From Marsupella aquatica (lineage: Eukaryota > Plantae > Marchantiophyta), in the NCBI GenBank assembly GCA_973895155.1, contig OZ316891.1, forward strand, positions 21,628,513 through 21,692,512: a stretch of DNA of 64,000 nt, in the 5' to 3' direction. Below, in pieces: positions 27,601 through 39,410 of the stretch. Each line of letters starts with the position of its first letter. Within the stretch, counting starts at the first letter, position 1. A model generated the notes under the pieces. It made no database searches. It saw only the letters and a program-made list of their open reading frames with translations, and was not told the DNA's origin. The translations under genes and the position numbers were made by a program.

Positions 27601-29037
27601 GATTGATTGTGTCCTGAGAAGCTTAACAATTTATGTTGTTGACATCGTCCACATTGAGTGACAGTGAGCTCAAGTCAGTGAGTGACCGATCGAAGGGGAC
27701 ATTTGTGCTCTTCATTACATGCTCGGGCAAGAGTGATTGATGTACTAATCGCAAGCGCTCCCAGGTATCCATTTGTCGTTAAGACTTGAAGCTTCACCGG
27801 GAGCTGCGACCGTCAGTGGGGAGGAGTTGGAGGTTGTGTTGCGCTCGTACACAACCTCCAAGGTACAAGGCAGGAGTTGTGCAATTTAAGGTGAGAGTCA
27901 GTAGCTTTTGGGATTCACCATCTTTCATCGTTGTCATTGCTGCTCTCGTCTATCGCTACGGCCGATTGCTGCTCTGCGTTTTTGCCATGGGTTGCCAGTC
28001 TGCCAGATGTTGAGTGAGACAGAGGCTACAACCTGGGTGCGCGGAGGTCCTCACTAATCCCATGGTTTACAGTTTGCAAAATGTGACAGCCCCAGTGCAT
28101 AGTGAGGTATAGGGTGTGTGAGGTATAGGGTGTTCTTACTCGTGCTACAGTCGCTTTGACTTGCTGAGTTCCAGCAAATTGAGTTTTAGGTGCGGTCAAT
28201 GAGAGTTGAGCTGTTTGAGCTGCGGTCACTGAGAGTTTAGAGTTTGAGCTGCGGTCACTGAATGCTGGCATTGAGGTGCACGCCCTTCACATTGATCAGT
28301 GAAGGCTACGGCCGGGGTGATTATGACAGTGATTCCAATGCAAACCGTCCAGGTAAGATTTATGTGACATTGTGTACAATGAAAGTGGCCCTGCTTATTG
28401 ACTGCTTAATGTTTGTGTTGCAACTGGCAGCAGATGCATGGAGTGCAGCGAAGGGAGGCGCTATTCATGTGAGCTGACAGGGGAGCTGGACTTGTGAGCC
28501 GTGGTTGCAGCTACGTCTTGGAGCTACGACCTATGAGTTGCGGCTAGAGCTACGACTTGACCTGAAGGTGACGCATGAAGAGTAATTTTGCAATCCATGA
28601 ATGTTTGTACTCAATGTTATAGATGCATAGGGTGGGTGTTGCATTTTGTTACTATAAAATGTCCGTGATGTCGTGAGATGTTCTGTTCCTTGGATTGAGA
28701 CAATTCTTAGATCTCTACATCAGCGATTATTATATGTCATGTCTCACCTCAGATCATGAACGTGATTGGTTGGAGACTATATTAATTGGGGAGGAGCTCC
28801 AATCCGTTGTCATTGCTTCTCAGTGGAGTGTTGTTTTAGTAAGCTACAGGGGGCAACAGAGCGCAAGTTGCTGTTTGCAAGTTCACGCCTGCTACCTGCT
28901 ACCTACGACTTCCGCCTGAAAGGTATGACATTCACATATGCGCATTTCTGGTCTCCAGTTGATCAATGTACTTATTCCCGCTGCCTTGAAATGGACCTCA
29001 AATTTCCATGCTCCAATACGCTACTGTGATCGAAGCC

Positions 29038-29175
29038 TATCACGATGCAAAAATAGAGGAGAGGCAGAATCAGAGCCCGGACACCAACGTGTACAGATAT
29101 CACGAAGCTAAAATAGAGGAGAGGAAGAATCAGTGCTCGGCTCGGACACCAAAGTGTACAGACATCATGAAGCTA
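29038..29175. repeat. ~60-bp tandem repeat (~2.3 copies) in the CACTA leader
   Basis: tatcacga.gc.aaaatagaggagagg.agaatcag...cggacaccaa.gtgtacaga repeated. Confidence 0.85.
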
Positions 29176-31101
29176 ACTACAAGCTAGCAGATAGGTCAAA
29201 TGCTCCCAAATCGAGTCAGAGGAAAGTTACTAAGACTACCTTCACAACTCTCAAGTCTGGAAAGTAAAAATCAGCCTGAGACACGTAGCAAGAACTGTTG
29301 TCTGCTAGGAACTGTTGTCTGCTTTCTTGGGGATCGTCATGTGTATGTAATTGCATACACATTCTACCTGAGGGGAGTATGACTGTACACCTTAGGTAGA
29401 ACCAAGTACTATCTATCGCATGATATAATTCCTCTACAATTTTGTATTAATGTTGCCTAAGTGCTTTGTTGTATTGTTTTGGTTGTAATGACGTCACTTG
29501 CATTTCATAGTCAGTCTTAGTTGGTTGGCTTGGTACTCATTTGCTTTTCACTCCCTCTGGCTAGTGAATTTGTCTATTGTTGCTGAGTTTTTTGCGTAAG
29601 AACTACATGTTCTTCACTTTCTTGATCGTACTCTCTCCCCTATGGAAGACTATTGGCTTGGGCTGCCAGCCTTCTCTCTGTTTCAATTTGTTGTCCCTAT
29701 GGTCAAACACTACTTGGTTAGTGGTTTTGCTCTATTTTTGTCTGTTTTGCCTTCAAGTAGGACATGGATGAATTGAGCTTGGAGGCAACAAAATGGCAAG
29801 GAATCTGAATGGTTCCAGAAGTATGTGTGCTGCATTTTGATCTGGAGAACCAATTGTAGAGTTGACTCTTTTTGAATGTTGTAGTCTATTTTGCCTTGAA
29901 CTGGGCCATGGATGAATTGAGCTTGGAGGCAGTTTTTTTCATTCCCATCTTCCTGAAGCCTTATCTGCTTTCTGCCACCCCCTTGTGGTGGGGACTTTTC
30001 TTGAAAGATCCTTATTGTGAACAGAGTTTGTACTTTGATTATGAAGTTTGACTGAGTTTCTGTTTACTGAAAGAATGTGACTGTGTAAGAGTTCCGTTTG
30101 GCAGTGGATTGGTTGAAGCACTTCCTGCTAGTGTGTTGTCCACAGCTCTTCAACCAGCTTTTGTATTCCTTGTCTTTCACCACTTACGGTGACATCAATT
30201 CAGCTAAGACCATAGAAGGTTCCAAGGCATCTAACTTGTAAAATCGCATTCTGTTACATCAAGGACTAAGGTGTTGGGTGCCAAAGGAGACAGCACAGCA
30301 AACATGCTGAAAAGACTTCAGGACTGGGTTCAACAAGGTAGTGAAGGTGCTTAGAGCCATAGTAAGTATGCATTCTGTATCCTTTCTCTGTTGATGTGAG
30401 CTTGTGCATAGTAGGAGTTGTAGTTGGCAAGAGTTCCATAAGGCCAAATATGAATAGTTCCAGAAGTATGTGTATGAACCAAGTGTAGAGTTGACTCTTT
30501 CTAAATATTGTAGTCTCTTTTGCCTTCAACTGGGCCATCGAGTACTGCTAGTGTATTCACCCCAATGAGCAATGCTTCTCCATTCAATCAGGTGAACGTA
30601 CAGTTTGGTAGGGCCAATGCCATGTGATCATGTACTTGCTCTATAAAATTCTGAAGATATAAGCATTTTCTGTTAGACCAGGCAACTTGGGAGTTGCTAA
30701 GTGTCACCTGCATCTGAGGGGCTACACCGGGGGCATCAGTGGAGGTTCACTTGCACAACACGACAGCCAGTGAATTTTCTCTCTGCTGCAACCTGCAAGG
30801 TGAGACTTTTGGTCCTTCTGGATGAAAAAACAGGATTTTAATATGATTGATATACATGTCCGTCGAGAACATGGGTTTATCACCAAGCTCTTTGTCTTAG
30901 GAAACTCATAAACTCAGAATCAAATATGTACTATGCACGTTTCATGCTATGTGTATACTATGACCTGTAGTTGGAACCAAGACAGTGAGTGGGAACTGAT
31001 TAGTTTAGGTTGGTTGTTGTTGGCGAGGCAAGTCGACCTCCTGCTCGCCTTGCTCATCAAAGGACGTGAATAGAGGACGTCACAACAAAAGCAACACTTA
31101 A

Positions 31102-31551
31102 ATGGTGAGGACCCGCAACGCTGAACATGTGCGGCTTGCACGCAAGGCAGAGATGTTGCGCCTTGAGTATGTCAGACTTGGGATCCTTCCAGCCCAGTCT
31201 GCATGGTACTTTGAGTACCCTGTTGTTTCCAGGAACAACTACAGCCGGCCTCTACCTGCTTCAGTACCCTTCCCGACATCCTTGGTATTTGTGTCTCTTG
31301 TACATGACCCGCCACAAATTAGGTGCCAAGGGTGTGTGCACAGTTGCCAATATGACTGTCCTGCCTGTAGGGCTTCTGGCCCAGAATTGGATGACCGTTC
31401 TCTTGGATGCCGATTTTTGCACAGAGCACAATGTATCATCTGGAACCACTCGCCATCCTGCAGTGTGCCTGGTGATGTCACTTGTCCTGCCCTCCCAGAC
31501 CCCACCACTGGTGGATTTGGTGTCTACACATGTTTGGATCACATGCTCTAG
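31102..31551 (+). CDS. CACTA cargo ORF 1: 149-aa Cys/His-rich, putative zinc-binding protein of unknown family
   Basis: ATG start MVRTRN; CxxC-x3-C-x3-CxxC...C...H...C pattern; upstream intron-like segment (donor 30799, acceptor ~30970); co-oriented with the other element genes. Confidence 0.5.
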   Translation: MVRTRNAEHVRLARKAEMLRLEYVRLGILPAQSAWYFEYPVVSRNNYSRPLPASVPFPTSLVFVSLVHDPPQIRCQGCVHSCQYDCPACRASGPELDDRSLGCRFLHRAQCIIWNHSPSCSVPGDVTCPALPDPTTGGFGVYTCLDHML

Positions 31552-32165
31552 AGGACCACTTGTCACACCACATGCATAGACCAGATACCATTGACCTATA
31601 GCTTAACACTCTGCCTTCAACACAGAGGATATTTACTTAAAATTTTGATGTATGAGCAATTTTGGGTCCAGGGTTTAGGGTCAACAGTACATAACTTATC
31701 CTAGTATGCCTGCACTAAGCAAAATATCCTAATTTAAGAGGCTAGCAAACTCGCTTAAAAGTCTCTATTGAAAGACTACTTTAATATTGCTTTAACCTGG
31801 TGAACATTGCAACGTTGAATGAATTAATGGGCCATGTGATAATATGCAAAATGTGATTTATGCCTCACTTATTTGTCTCAGCCACTATCATAACCTATTT
31901 AGGATGTATAAATTTCAACCCTTATGACACTGCTTCATACCAATCCTCTTCAAAGAATGCCTGTTTTACATGTCACGACTATTGTATGTGATTCAAATGC
32001 ATGAAATGTTGTTGCAGATCTCCTTTGGTGAATCATAGCCACAATTAAAATTGAGGTGTTGGTGGAGAAATTGTATTAGGGGATCAGTTTTGTGTGTGGG
32101 CTCAACATACCCAAAGTATGTGTGCTCTGCATCCTTGTGTGGCCATTCCAATTCATTGCAGTAGC

Positions 32166-32309
32166 AAATGCCTTTGTACCTTAAATGCTAAATATATTTT
32201 ACTTTCTGTGCAGTCTGCTAAATTGTAGAGTCTATCTAAATGCCTTTGTACCTTAAATGCTAAATATATTTTACTTTCTGTGCAGTCTGCTAAATTGTAG
32301 AGTCTATCT
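32166..32309. repeat. Perfect 72-bp tandem duplication just upstream of the PHD ORF acceptor
   Basis: aaatgcctttgtacc...gagtctatct twice. Confidence 0.95.
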
Positions 32310-32320
32310 CATGCGCAGGC

Positions 32321-33001
32321 ATGGCACGGCCTAAAATTCAAGCCAAAAAGCGTGTGACAGAGGTGAGAAACACAGGTGTACTTGGGGCAGATGCTACTAA
32401 CTTCTCTGCAAGTCAAATTTTCCAAAAGGCAGCTCATTGTTGTGCCATTTGTGACGATGGTGGGGGCCTGGTCATTTGTGAGGGCCCTTGCATGAGGCAT
32501 TTCCACCTCAACCCGGAGTCTGACCTTGCTGCAGAAAACAACTGTCCAGGGGTGGGCCTCCCGTCAACACACCAGGGAGACTGGATGTGCACTGATTGTT
32601 TGGAGAAGCAGGCTAAGTGTGCACAGTGTGGGAAGTTGGGGTCCTATGAGGGCTCTGTTGATGCTGCAGCAAATGTTAGAAAATGTCCAGACCGTTTTTG
32701 TGTGAGATTTTTCTGTTTTGAGTGTTTGCCTGCTCATGCCACAGCTTGCCCACTTCATAGGTGCAAGGCATGTGGTGAGCATGATGATGACTACTGGACT
32801 GACATAGTCCACTGTGCTAGGTGTCCCACTATGTGGCACTATCATTGCCTGAAAGATCATCAAGCAGAGGGTTATGCTTGTGACAGAGAAATCTATGATC
32901 ACTCTGCACATGGTGTTGATTGATGGATATTTTATTGTCATCGCCATGCCATTGATCCTACCTCGCGCACTCCTATGAGAGATCACATATCTTGGCTGTG
33001 A
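32321..33001 (+). pseudogene. CACTA cargo ORF 2: EDM2/NSD-type PHD-finger cluster (~226 codons) with one in-frame TGA at 32921
   Basis: CAICDDGGGLVICEGPCMRHFH...CTDC...CAQCGKLGS...CPLHRCKAC...CARCPTMWHYHCL; reading through the stop gives WIFYCHRHAIDPTSRTPMRDHI, matching EDM2 'LIYCxxHEIDxxLxTPxRDHV' (recalled, not aligned). Confidence 0.85.
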
Positions 33002-33593
33002 AGCTGAACATTGTACATGCACAGTGCACCTGATGTGGATGTACTATTTTTTGAGATTGCAGAGATTCCAATTTTGAAAAGGAGTTGGGTAGGCGAGTTT
33101 ATATAGGCAGCACTTATCTTGTGCTCTGGCGTCAGTGGCTGGGTACATGCCTATACAAACTTATCCTTACAAGCCTTCTTGGAAGTATTTAGGCTGAGTG
33201 GTCATTTTCATAAACACTTTCATCAGACTGCTAAATTAAAACAGGACTTCTAAGTTGTAAGCATATAAATTATCAGGCATGCAATTAATCAAATTGCCCT
33301 ATAAGTTTGTCATTGAATGTATCCTCCTTTACAACAAAATATGTATGTGCCATGACCAGTTGGTTGCACTTCATTTCACCACGGATATGGATTTTGTAGT
33401 ATATATTCAAACAATGTCCTGCATCCGTGCAGGTGCCTAGTACGTATTGTTCACATATCCCTTGTACCTATCAAAATCGGACCTGAGTACCAGTGGGCCA
33501 GATCAACTCAAAAAGCAGGAATTTTGTTGTCCTTATATTGTCAGGTGAACCCATTCTTCCAAAATTCACTGTCATCACGTAGGGTGTGTGTAC

Positions 33594-34463
33594 ATGGAGC
33601 CTGGGAAACGTAGAAAGTGTGACCACCCAGCAGTGTTTACAGGGGTCAGAGCGATTTTGGTCCATGGCCAGCATGGGTTGACCAAAGTGCATTGGCCAAC
33701 TGTACAGAAACGATTCTCTGAGCTCCATGGCACTGTAGTTCAGGACATCACTCCAGAGACTACACATGTTGTTGCAGGGACATGGCTATCAGTGATAAAG
33801 AAGTGGTCATGGTACATGAATTCTGCAATTACTAAGCAAGGCCTAAAAGTAGTTGAGGCCTCTTGGATCACAGATTCCATAGCACATAAGATTGTACAGG
33901 ATACTGAGCAATATGAGTTGTGGGAGGATGAAGAAGCTACTGCATCAGCTTGGGCTGAACAAGAAGTCTGGGAAGCAAAGGCACGGCTTGCTGATCTCCA
34001 ATATGGACCTGTACTCAACAAAGGACAGAGCTCTACAAGGCTGAAGAGTATGTTGGCTGAGGAGACGAAGCAACCAACCCCCATTCTGAAAGGGCTGAGC
34101 ATGGTATTTGTGGAGGCGGGAATTGGAGAGGTTAAGTGCAAAGTGTACAAGTCCACAGTGCTTGACCTAGGTGGGACAGTGGAGGAGAATATAACAGAGG
34201 ACACCACTCATGTCATTACTAAGTCATATCCCAAAGCCTGCCGCAAGTTTGGGAAGGGAGACATTCGCTTTTATGTCATGTCCCATAATGTGTTTGTGGT
34301 TTCATATGCTTGGCTTGTGGAATCAGTAGCAGCTGGGAAGCGTCAAAACCCAATGGACTATGATCTTTTTGACGCCTGGCCACGGAAGGGTCAGGATCCT
34401 TACAGAGAGGACTATGAGACAACAAGTGAGGAATGGGTCATTAGCGATTCTGAATCAGAGTGA
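33594..34463 (+). CDS. CACTA cargo ORF 3: intact 289-aa tandem-BRCT protein, BRCTs resembling that of plant DNA polymerase lambda
   Basis: Two units VF/LxG...GGTV/HGTV...TTHVV/I...SWITDS/AWLVES...YEL/YDL; basic NLS-like KRRK after the ATG at 33594; acidic C-terminal tail. Confidence 0.85.
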   Translation: MEPGKRRKCDHPAVFTGVRAILVHGQHGLTKVHWPTVQKRFSELHGTVVQDITPETTHVVAGTWLSVIKKWSWYMNSAITKQGLKVVEASWITDSIAHKIVQDTEQYELWEDEEATASAWAEQEVWEAKARLADLQYGPVLNKGQSSTRLKSMLAEETKQPTPILKGLSMVFVEAGIGEVKCKVYKSTVLDLGGTVEENITEDTTHVITKSYPKACRKFGKGDIRFYVMSHNVFVVSYAWLVESVAAGKRQNPMDYDLFDAWPRKGQDPYREDYETTSEEWVISDSESE

Positions 34464-34896
34464 GGAGTAGTAGCATCAGTTTGGACACAAGTTTTTTTGT
34501 ATAAATCAGATCATTGAAATAAATGTGATCTTTGAACTAATGTACCTTGTTATGGTTGGTGGCAGTTGGGCTTATTTTACTGTTGGCGGATTGTTGTTTC
34601 CTACTGCCTGGGGGTGTCACTGTAAACGTACATGCAGAGGCGGTACATTTGAGGACAGCGGAGGAGGTGGTGACACCCTCCAACATTTAGGAATTTTGTG
34701 TCATTCACTTGACAATAGGTACACTACTTGCGAACCTGTTTTTTTCTTTTGGGGTGGTTTAGGGTTTGTGAGAATTTAGTACACGTTATGTTAACTCTTT
34801 TGACAGATACAGTCAGGGATATATGGAACACAAATACCACCATTAGGCATCCTTGTTCACTGCTGTCCATGACTGCAGAGCTCCCAGCCTGTTACA

Positions 34897-37464
34897 ATGC
34901 ACCCTGGTCACCACCCTCCCCAGACCCAGCCCAGGGCACAGGCACTGCCTTTGCATCATCCCACAAGGATATCACGCCATGATAATAAGCTTTGGCAGCG
35001 TGAAAGGTTACGAACCAGACTTTCAGGAGCCAGTAGGATGAGATGGCCTTGTGCAATCTGCCAAGGATCCCGTACCAGGGGTCTGAATGAGGTTTGGCGG
35101 CATATCGCGGTTCATGGAAGAGATCCACGACATCGAGTTTGGAATGATCCTGCAGAGGAAGATTCTTCCAATGCTCAGGCAGCACCACGTGACGAAGGAA
35201 TTCATGTAGAAGAGATGGTGAGAGACATCTTCCAAGACTTGGATGCATTTCATGATGGGCTAGACAACGAAGAGGATACGGCTGTAGATGCAAGTGTGCC
35301 CCCTGTCGAAGAGCCTCTTGATGAGTTTGAGATAGGGCAGGAAACCCCTGGGCATGATGGGATGTTTGGCTCTCCCGTGCAAATACAGGAAGGTAGGAAG
35401 TCTTTGTACCCCGGTAGCAAATGTTCTAAACTGGGATTTGTCATCATGTTCCTGAACATTTGCGGCAACCACAATGTCCCCAACGTTTTGGTTTCTGAGT
35501 TGTTGGCATTCTTGCGAACAACTGTGCTACCAGATGGTAATATTTTGCCCAAGAACATGTACGAGGCAAAATGATGCATATCTAATCTTGGATTGAACTA
35601 TGATTCGATCCATGCCTGTCCTGATGGGCATGTTCTTTTCAGAAAGGAGTATAAAGAATCGTTGACATGCCCTAAGTGTGGGAAGCACAGGTATCGGAAC
35701 TCAGGAAAGTCTATGGTTCCCGCCAAGGTACTTCGTCATTTTCCACTCATTCCCAGACTTCAGCGGATGTTCAGAAGCCGTGCGACTTGGGCAACTGACA
35801 AGAAAAGTGATGATGGGCTACAACGACATGCTGCAGATTCAAGGCAATGGAAACTCATAGATGAGATGTATCCCGAATTTGCTGCTGAGCCGAGGAATGT
35901 CAGACTTGGGCTGTCATTGGATGGGGTAAACCCATTTGGAGACAAGAACAACAAATTTTCGTGCTGGCCTGTAACTATTTTGAATTATAACCTTCCTCCT
36001 TGGATGACTACAAAGCGATTTTTTGTTCTGATGGTCCTATTGATACCAGGGCCAGACAGTGCTGTATCTGCCAACATAGATGTGTTTCTGGCTCCCCTAG
36101 TGGAGGAATTGAGAAAGCTTTGGGAGGAAGGAGTTCTCACATATGATGTCCTACAGAGGCTTGGGAGGTTAAACCCATTCATCCTTAGAGCCATTGTCAT
36201 TCTGACTATAGCTGACTACCCAGCCCATGGGATGATATCAGGCCAAACAACAAAAGGATATTGTGCTTGTACTATCTGTGGGCGCAATGTCACCAGTGAG
36301 TACTCCAGAGCCCTGCAGAAAGTGATATACATGGGCCATCGTCATTTTCTGAAGGCAAATCACCCTTACAGAGAAAGACAGGCACTGATTGCACACTTTG
36401 GCAATGAGATTGAGCAACGTGGACCCCCGGCACGAGTGACCAAAGAGGAGATCAGGCAGTGGGGAGCATTGAGGGATGACTATATCAAACGAGGGGGCAG
36501 GGAAGATGGAGTGAGTGATCCAATAAAGCGATATGGTGTAAAAAGACTGAGCATATTGGACTTGGAGCTCAAGTACTGGAGGGTAAGCCTCTTGGAGTTG
36601 ATGCTAATTGGGATACATGTTTTGGTTCAGAGCATGTGCATTCATTTCGAAGAGAGAGACTAAACTTGAGGCATTTCCTGACGCTTTTGCATTGCAACGA
36701 TGCAGGAGTTTGAGCCAAGCAAACATAACATTGATGTTATGCACATTGAAAAGAATATTTGTGAGAGTCTACTCAGATTCTTGTGTGGAGAGAAAGACAC
36801 TGGTTCAGTGAGATTGGATCTTGAACAGAGGGGAATGAAACCCCATCTTTGGTTGAGGCCACATGCCCACAGAGCTGATGTGCTCTTGAAGTACCAAGCG
36901 CCCTATGTTCTGACAGACACAGAGTGGGAACTATTTGTGCAGAGGTTGAGTTCTTTGAAGGTTCCTTCAAACTATGGCAGTGCTTTCAAGAAGCATATCA
37001 TGACTAGAAAGCTTGGTAGTATGAAAAGCCATGACTACCATATGTTGATGCAACAGGTGTTGCCTTTATGCCTGAGGGGCCTATTGCAGAAGCCTGTTCG
37101 TACTGTGATCATGCGACTCAGTGATGTGTTTCGTCGTATTTGTGTGAAGGTTTGGGATGAAACACACTTCCCACAACTGACAGAAGATGTCGCTCAGGTG
37201 CTGTGTGACCTGGAGATTTATTTTCCTCCCGCATTTTTTGATGTCATGACCCACCTACTTGTCCATGTTGTGGAAGAGCTACACCAATTTGGGCCTGTGA
37301 GTGCTCGTTGGTTGTACCCTTTGGAACGGTACATGAAGCTACTCAAAGGTCACATGAGAACATATTACAAACCTGAAGCAAGCATGGCTAAAGGTTACAT
37401 CAAGGATGAGACTCTGGGATTTCTGACCGAATACATAGCACAATATGAGCATGTGAAGACCAGG
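34897..37464 (+). pseudogene. TnpD: TnpD/Tnp2-type CACTA transposase: exons ~34897-36582 and 36706-~37464, premature stop at 35572, C-terminus deleted
   Basis: Transposase-associated motif WPCAIC...VWRHIAVHG; YEAK*CISNLGLNYDSIHACPDG; RNVRLGLSLDGVNPF, YNLPPW, ADYPA; intron 36583-36705; HNIDVMHIEKN, KSHDYH, FPPAFFDVMTHLLVH, RWLYPLERYM; homology ends abruptly after QYEHVKTR. Confidence 0.95.
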
Positions 37465-38153
37465 GCGTCCTGCCAGTTCTGTTTTGCCTTCAAAGCCTGT
37501 GCATGCACCATACCAGCAGGGGGGGCTGACCTCTGATCAAGGTTGGCGAGGTGGTAGTAGTGGTAGATCCCAGGCTGGTGCCCAATACTATGGCAGGGGG
37601 CAAGCTCTAGGTTATGCCCGTGGTAGAGGCAGAGCAGGTCCAAACCCACAATCTCGTGGGTATGGACGTCCACCTCAACCATGGGGATGTGAGTATATAT
37701 CTATATGCCAGTTCTTTGTGAAGGCATGGCACTCCTGAATTTCAGACTGCATATCAATTTTTGACATTGTTTGGGATGTATTGGATTCAGACAACATGAA
37801 ATTCTGTCCACCTGCCATTGCATGCAGATTCTGCCCAACCTGATTGGGCAAATGCTAGTAATGATCAGTTCCAATGTCCACAAGGACAGACATGGGTTGA
37901 ACCAGGTTGGGAGGATGGTGGTGGGTCGTGGAATGAACAAGGTTGGGAAGGTGGTGAAGGTAATTGGCAGGGATATCAAAATTCAGTACCTACAAACGCT
38001 GGAAGAGGGGCAGGTAATGTCTGATCTTGTCAGCAATGGAAGAACTCATTATATGTGGAGTCCATTCACGTGGGGGGGACTCTGCACATGTATAATGATA
38101 GAAAATGTATGTGTGCAGGTTGGACAGTTGAACCATCGACTCAAGTATTCACT

Positions 38154-39388
38154 CACTAGAAGAATCCGAGGTGAACTGAGACCGCAATATATGACTCATT
38201 TTGGCTCATGTGACTTCATTGTGACTCAACGTGACTTGACCCACGCTGTGACCCTTGGAGTTGCAAAAGTTGAGACCAAAAAATGGAAGTCACTATTGAT
38301 ACTGGGCTTTGCAACTTGCTTGATACCCATTTGTGACTGATCTGTGACTTTATTGTGGAGTCTAGCCTTGTTTCGACGTGACTGCAATATGACTTCAGCG
38401 AGTCACATCGTAAGTCACATACATGACTTACCCGCATTCAACAACGACTAGCGTGTGACTATTTAGTGTCACAGTACATAGTGTAGCATAAATTACATAG
38501 CTAGGCCATTCATTCTTACCAAACGTTTAGCTGTCAGTGCAGTGCCGGTCCTTCCTGTCAGATTAGGGTTCTGAACACTCAACCTGGCCTCGGTCATCTG
38601 TGAACTCTTCTTTTTTGAAGCATCTGTTACAAAATAAGCTACTAACCTTGCCCACACTTTATCATCACAACTGGCTGGTGGAGGCATATCTGGCTTCTCC
38701 CCACCTTCCTTCCAAGCCTTATGCATTCTCCACCTCTCTTGCTTGATGATTTTACCTGCTGTACTCTCTAGGCAACCTATGTCCACGCCATCATCACTGC
38801 CCACATAATTCCATTTGGCAGCAACATTTTCACATACAGTCTTCCAATCTTTTGGATGCTGTTTTTTAAAATTAATAACACTCACATCTAACCAACGCAA
38901 TACTTCAGCTTTCAAATCAGCATGCCATCGGTTCTTGCAAGGACACTCAGCATCCACCCATTGTCTCTCATTCAACTTTACGTTCCCTTTCTTTGTCACC
39001 TCCCCTCGTGCACTGCTCTCGGTAGTATTGGGCGTTGTATTGGCCACCCCTTCATTCACCCTACCTGGGGTTCTGAAGCCACCTGGGAAAATACAATGCC
39101 ATTCATGCTTGAGAACTACATATAGCAGAATGGATGACGGCAACATTCAATGCTTCACTTCAAGAAAAATTCTTCAAACATACATACCTGTAGCTCTGCC
39201 TGTAGATGCCTGTGCAGGGACTGCACTCTGAAATTGTTGCGACCCTGGACCACCTGTCTAGCCTAGTACAGGGGCCGGATGATGTCACTTTCTAGGTATG
39301 TGTGTGCAAACATATGTACTGAAAACTAAGTACAAACTGTAGGAAAACAACTGAACATTCACCGACATACCTGTCCCCCTTCCGTGCT
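38154..39388 (-). mobile_element. Inverted copy of the CACTA right end (44457-44777) fused to a copy of 41522-42437, lacking the ~2.0 kb between them
   Basis: Begins CACTAGAAGAAT preceded by ACT; near-identical reverse complement of the two segments; junction at 38473-38474 with 2-bp CT microhomology; contains the duplicate 217-aa ORF 38493-39146. Confidence 0.95.
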
Positions 39389-39410
39389 GCATCTGCATAG
39401 GGGCATTAGT

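Noticed and set aside
31127-31579. Alternative overlapping frames (31127+, 31239-, 31261-)
   Set aside because: Non-ATG or antisense and lacking a coherent motif; 31102-31551 is preferred, though not proven.
38493-39146. Separate minus-strand gene (217 aa)
   Set aside because: Inverted duplicate of TnpA exon 41828-42390 plus intron sequence; its upstream mini-exon carries a TAG.
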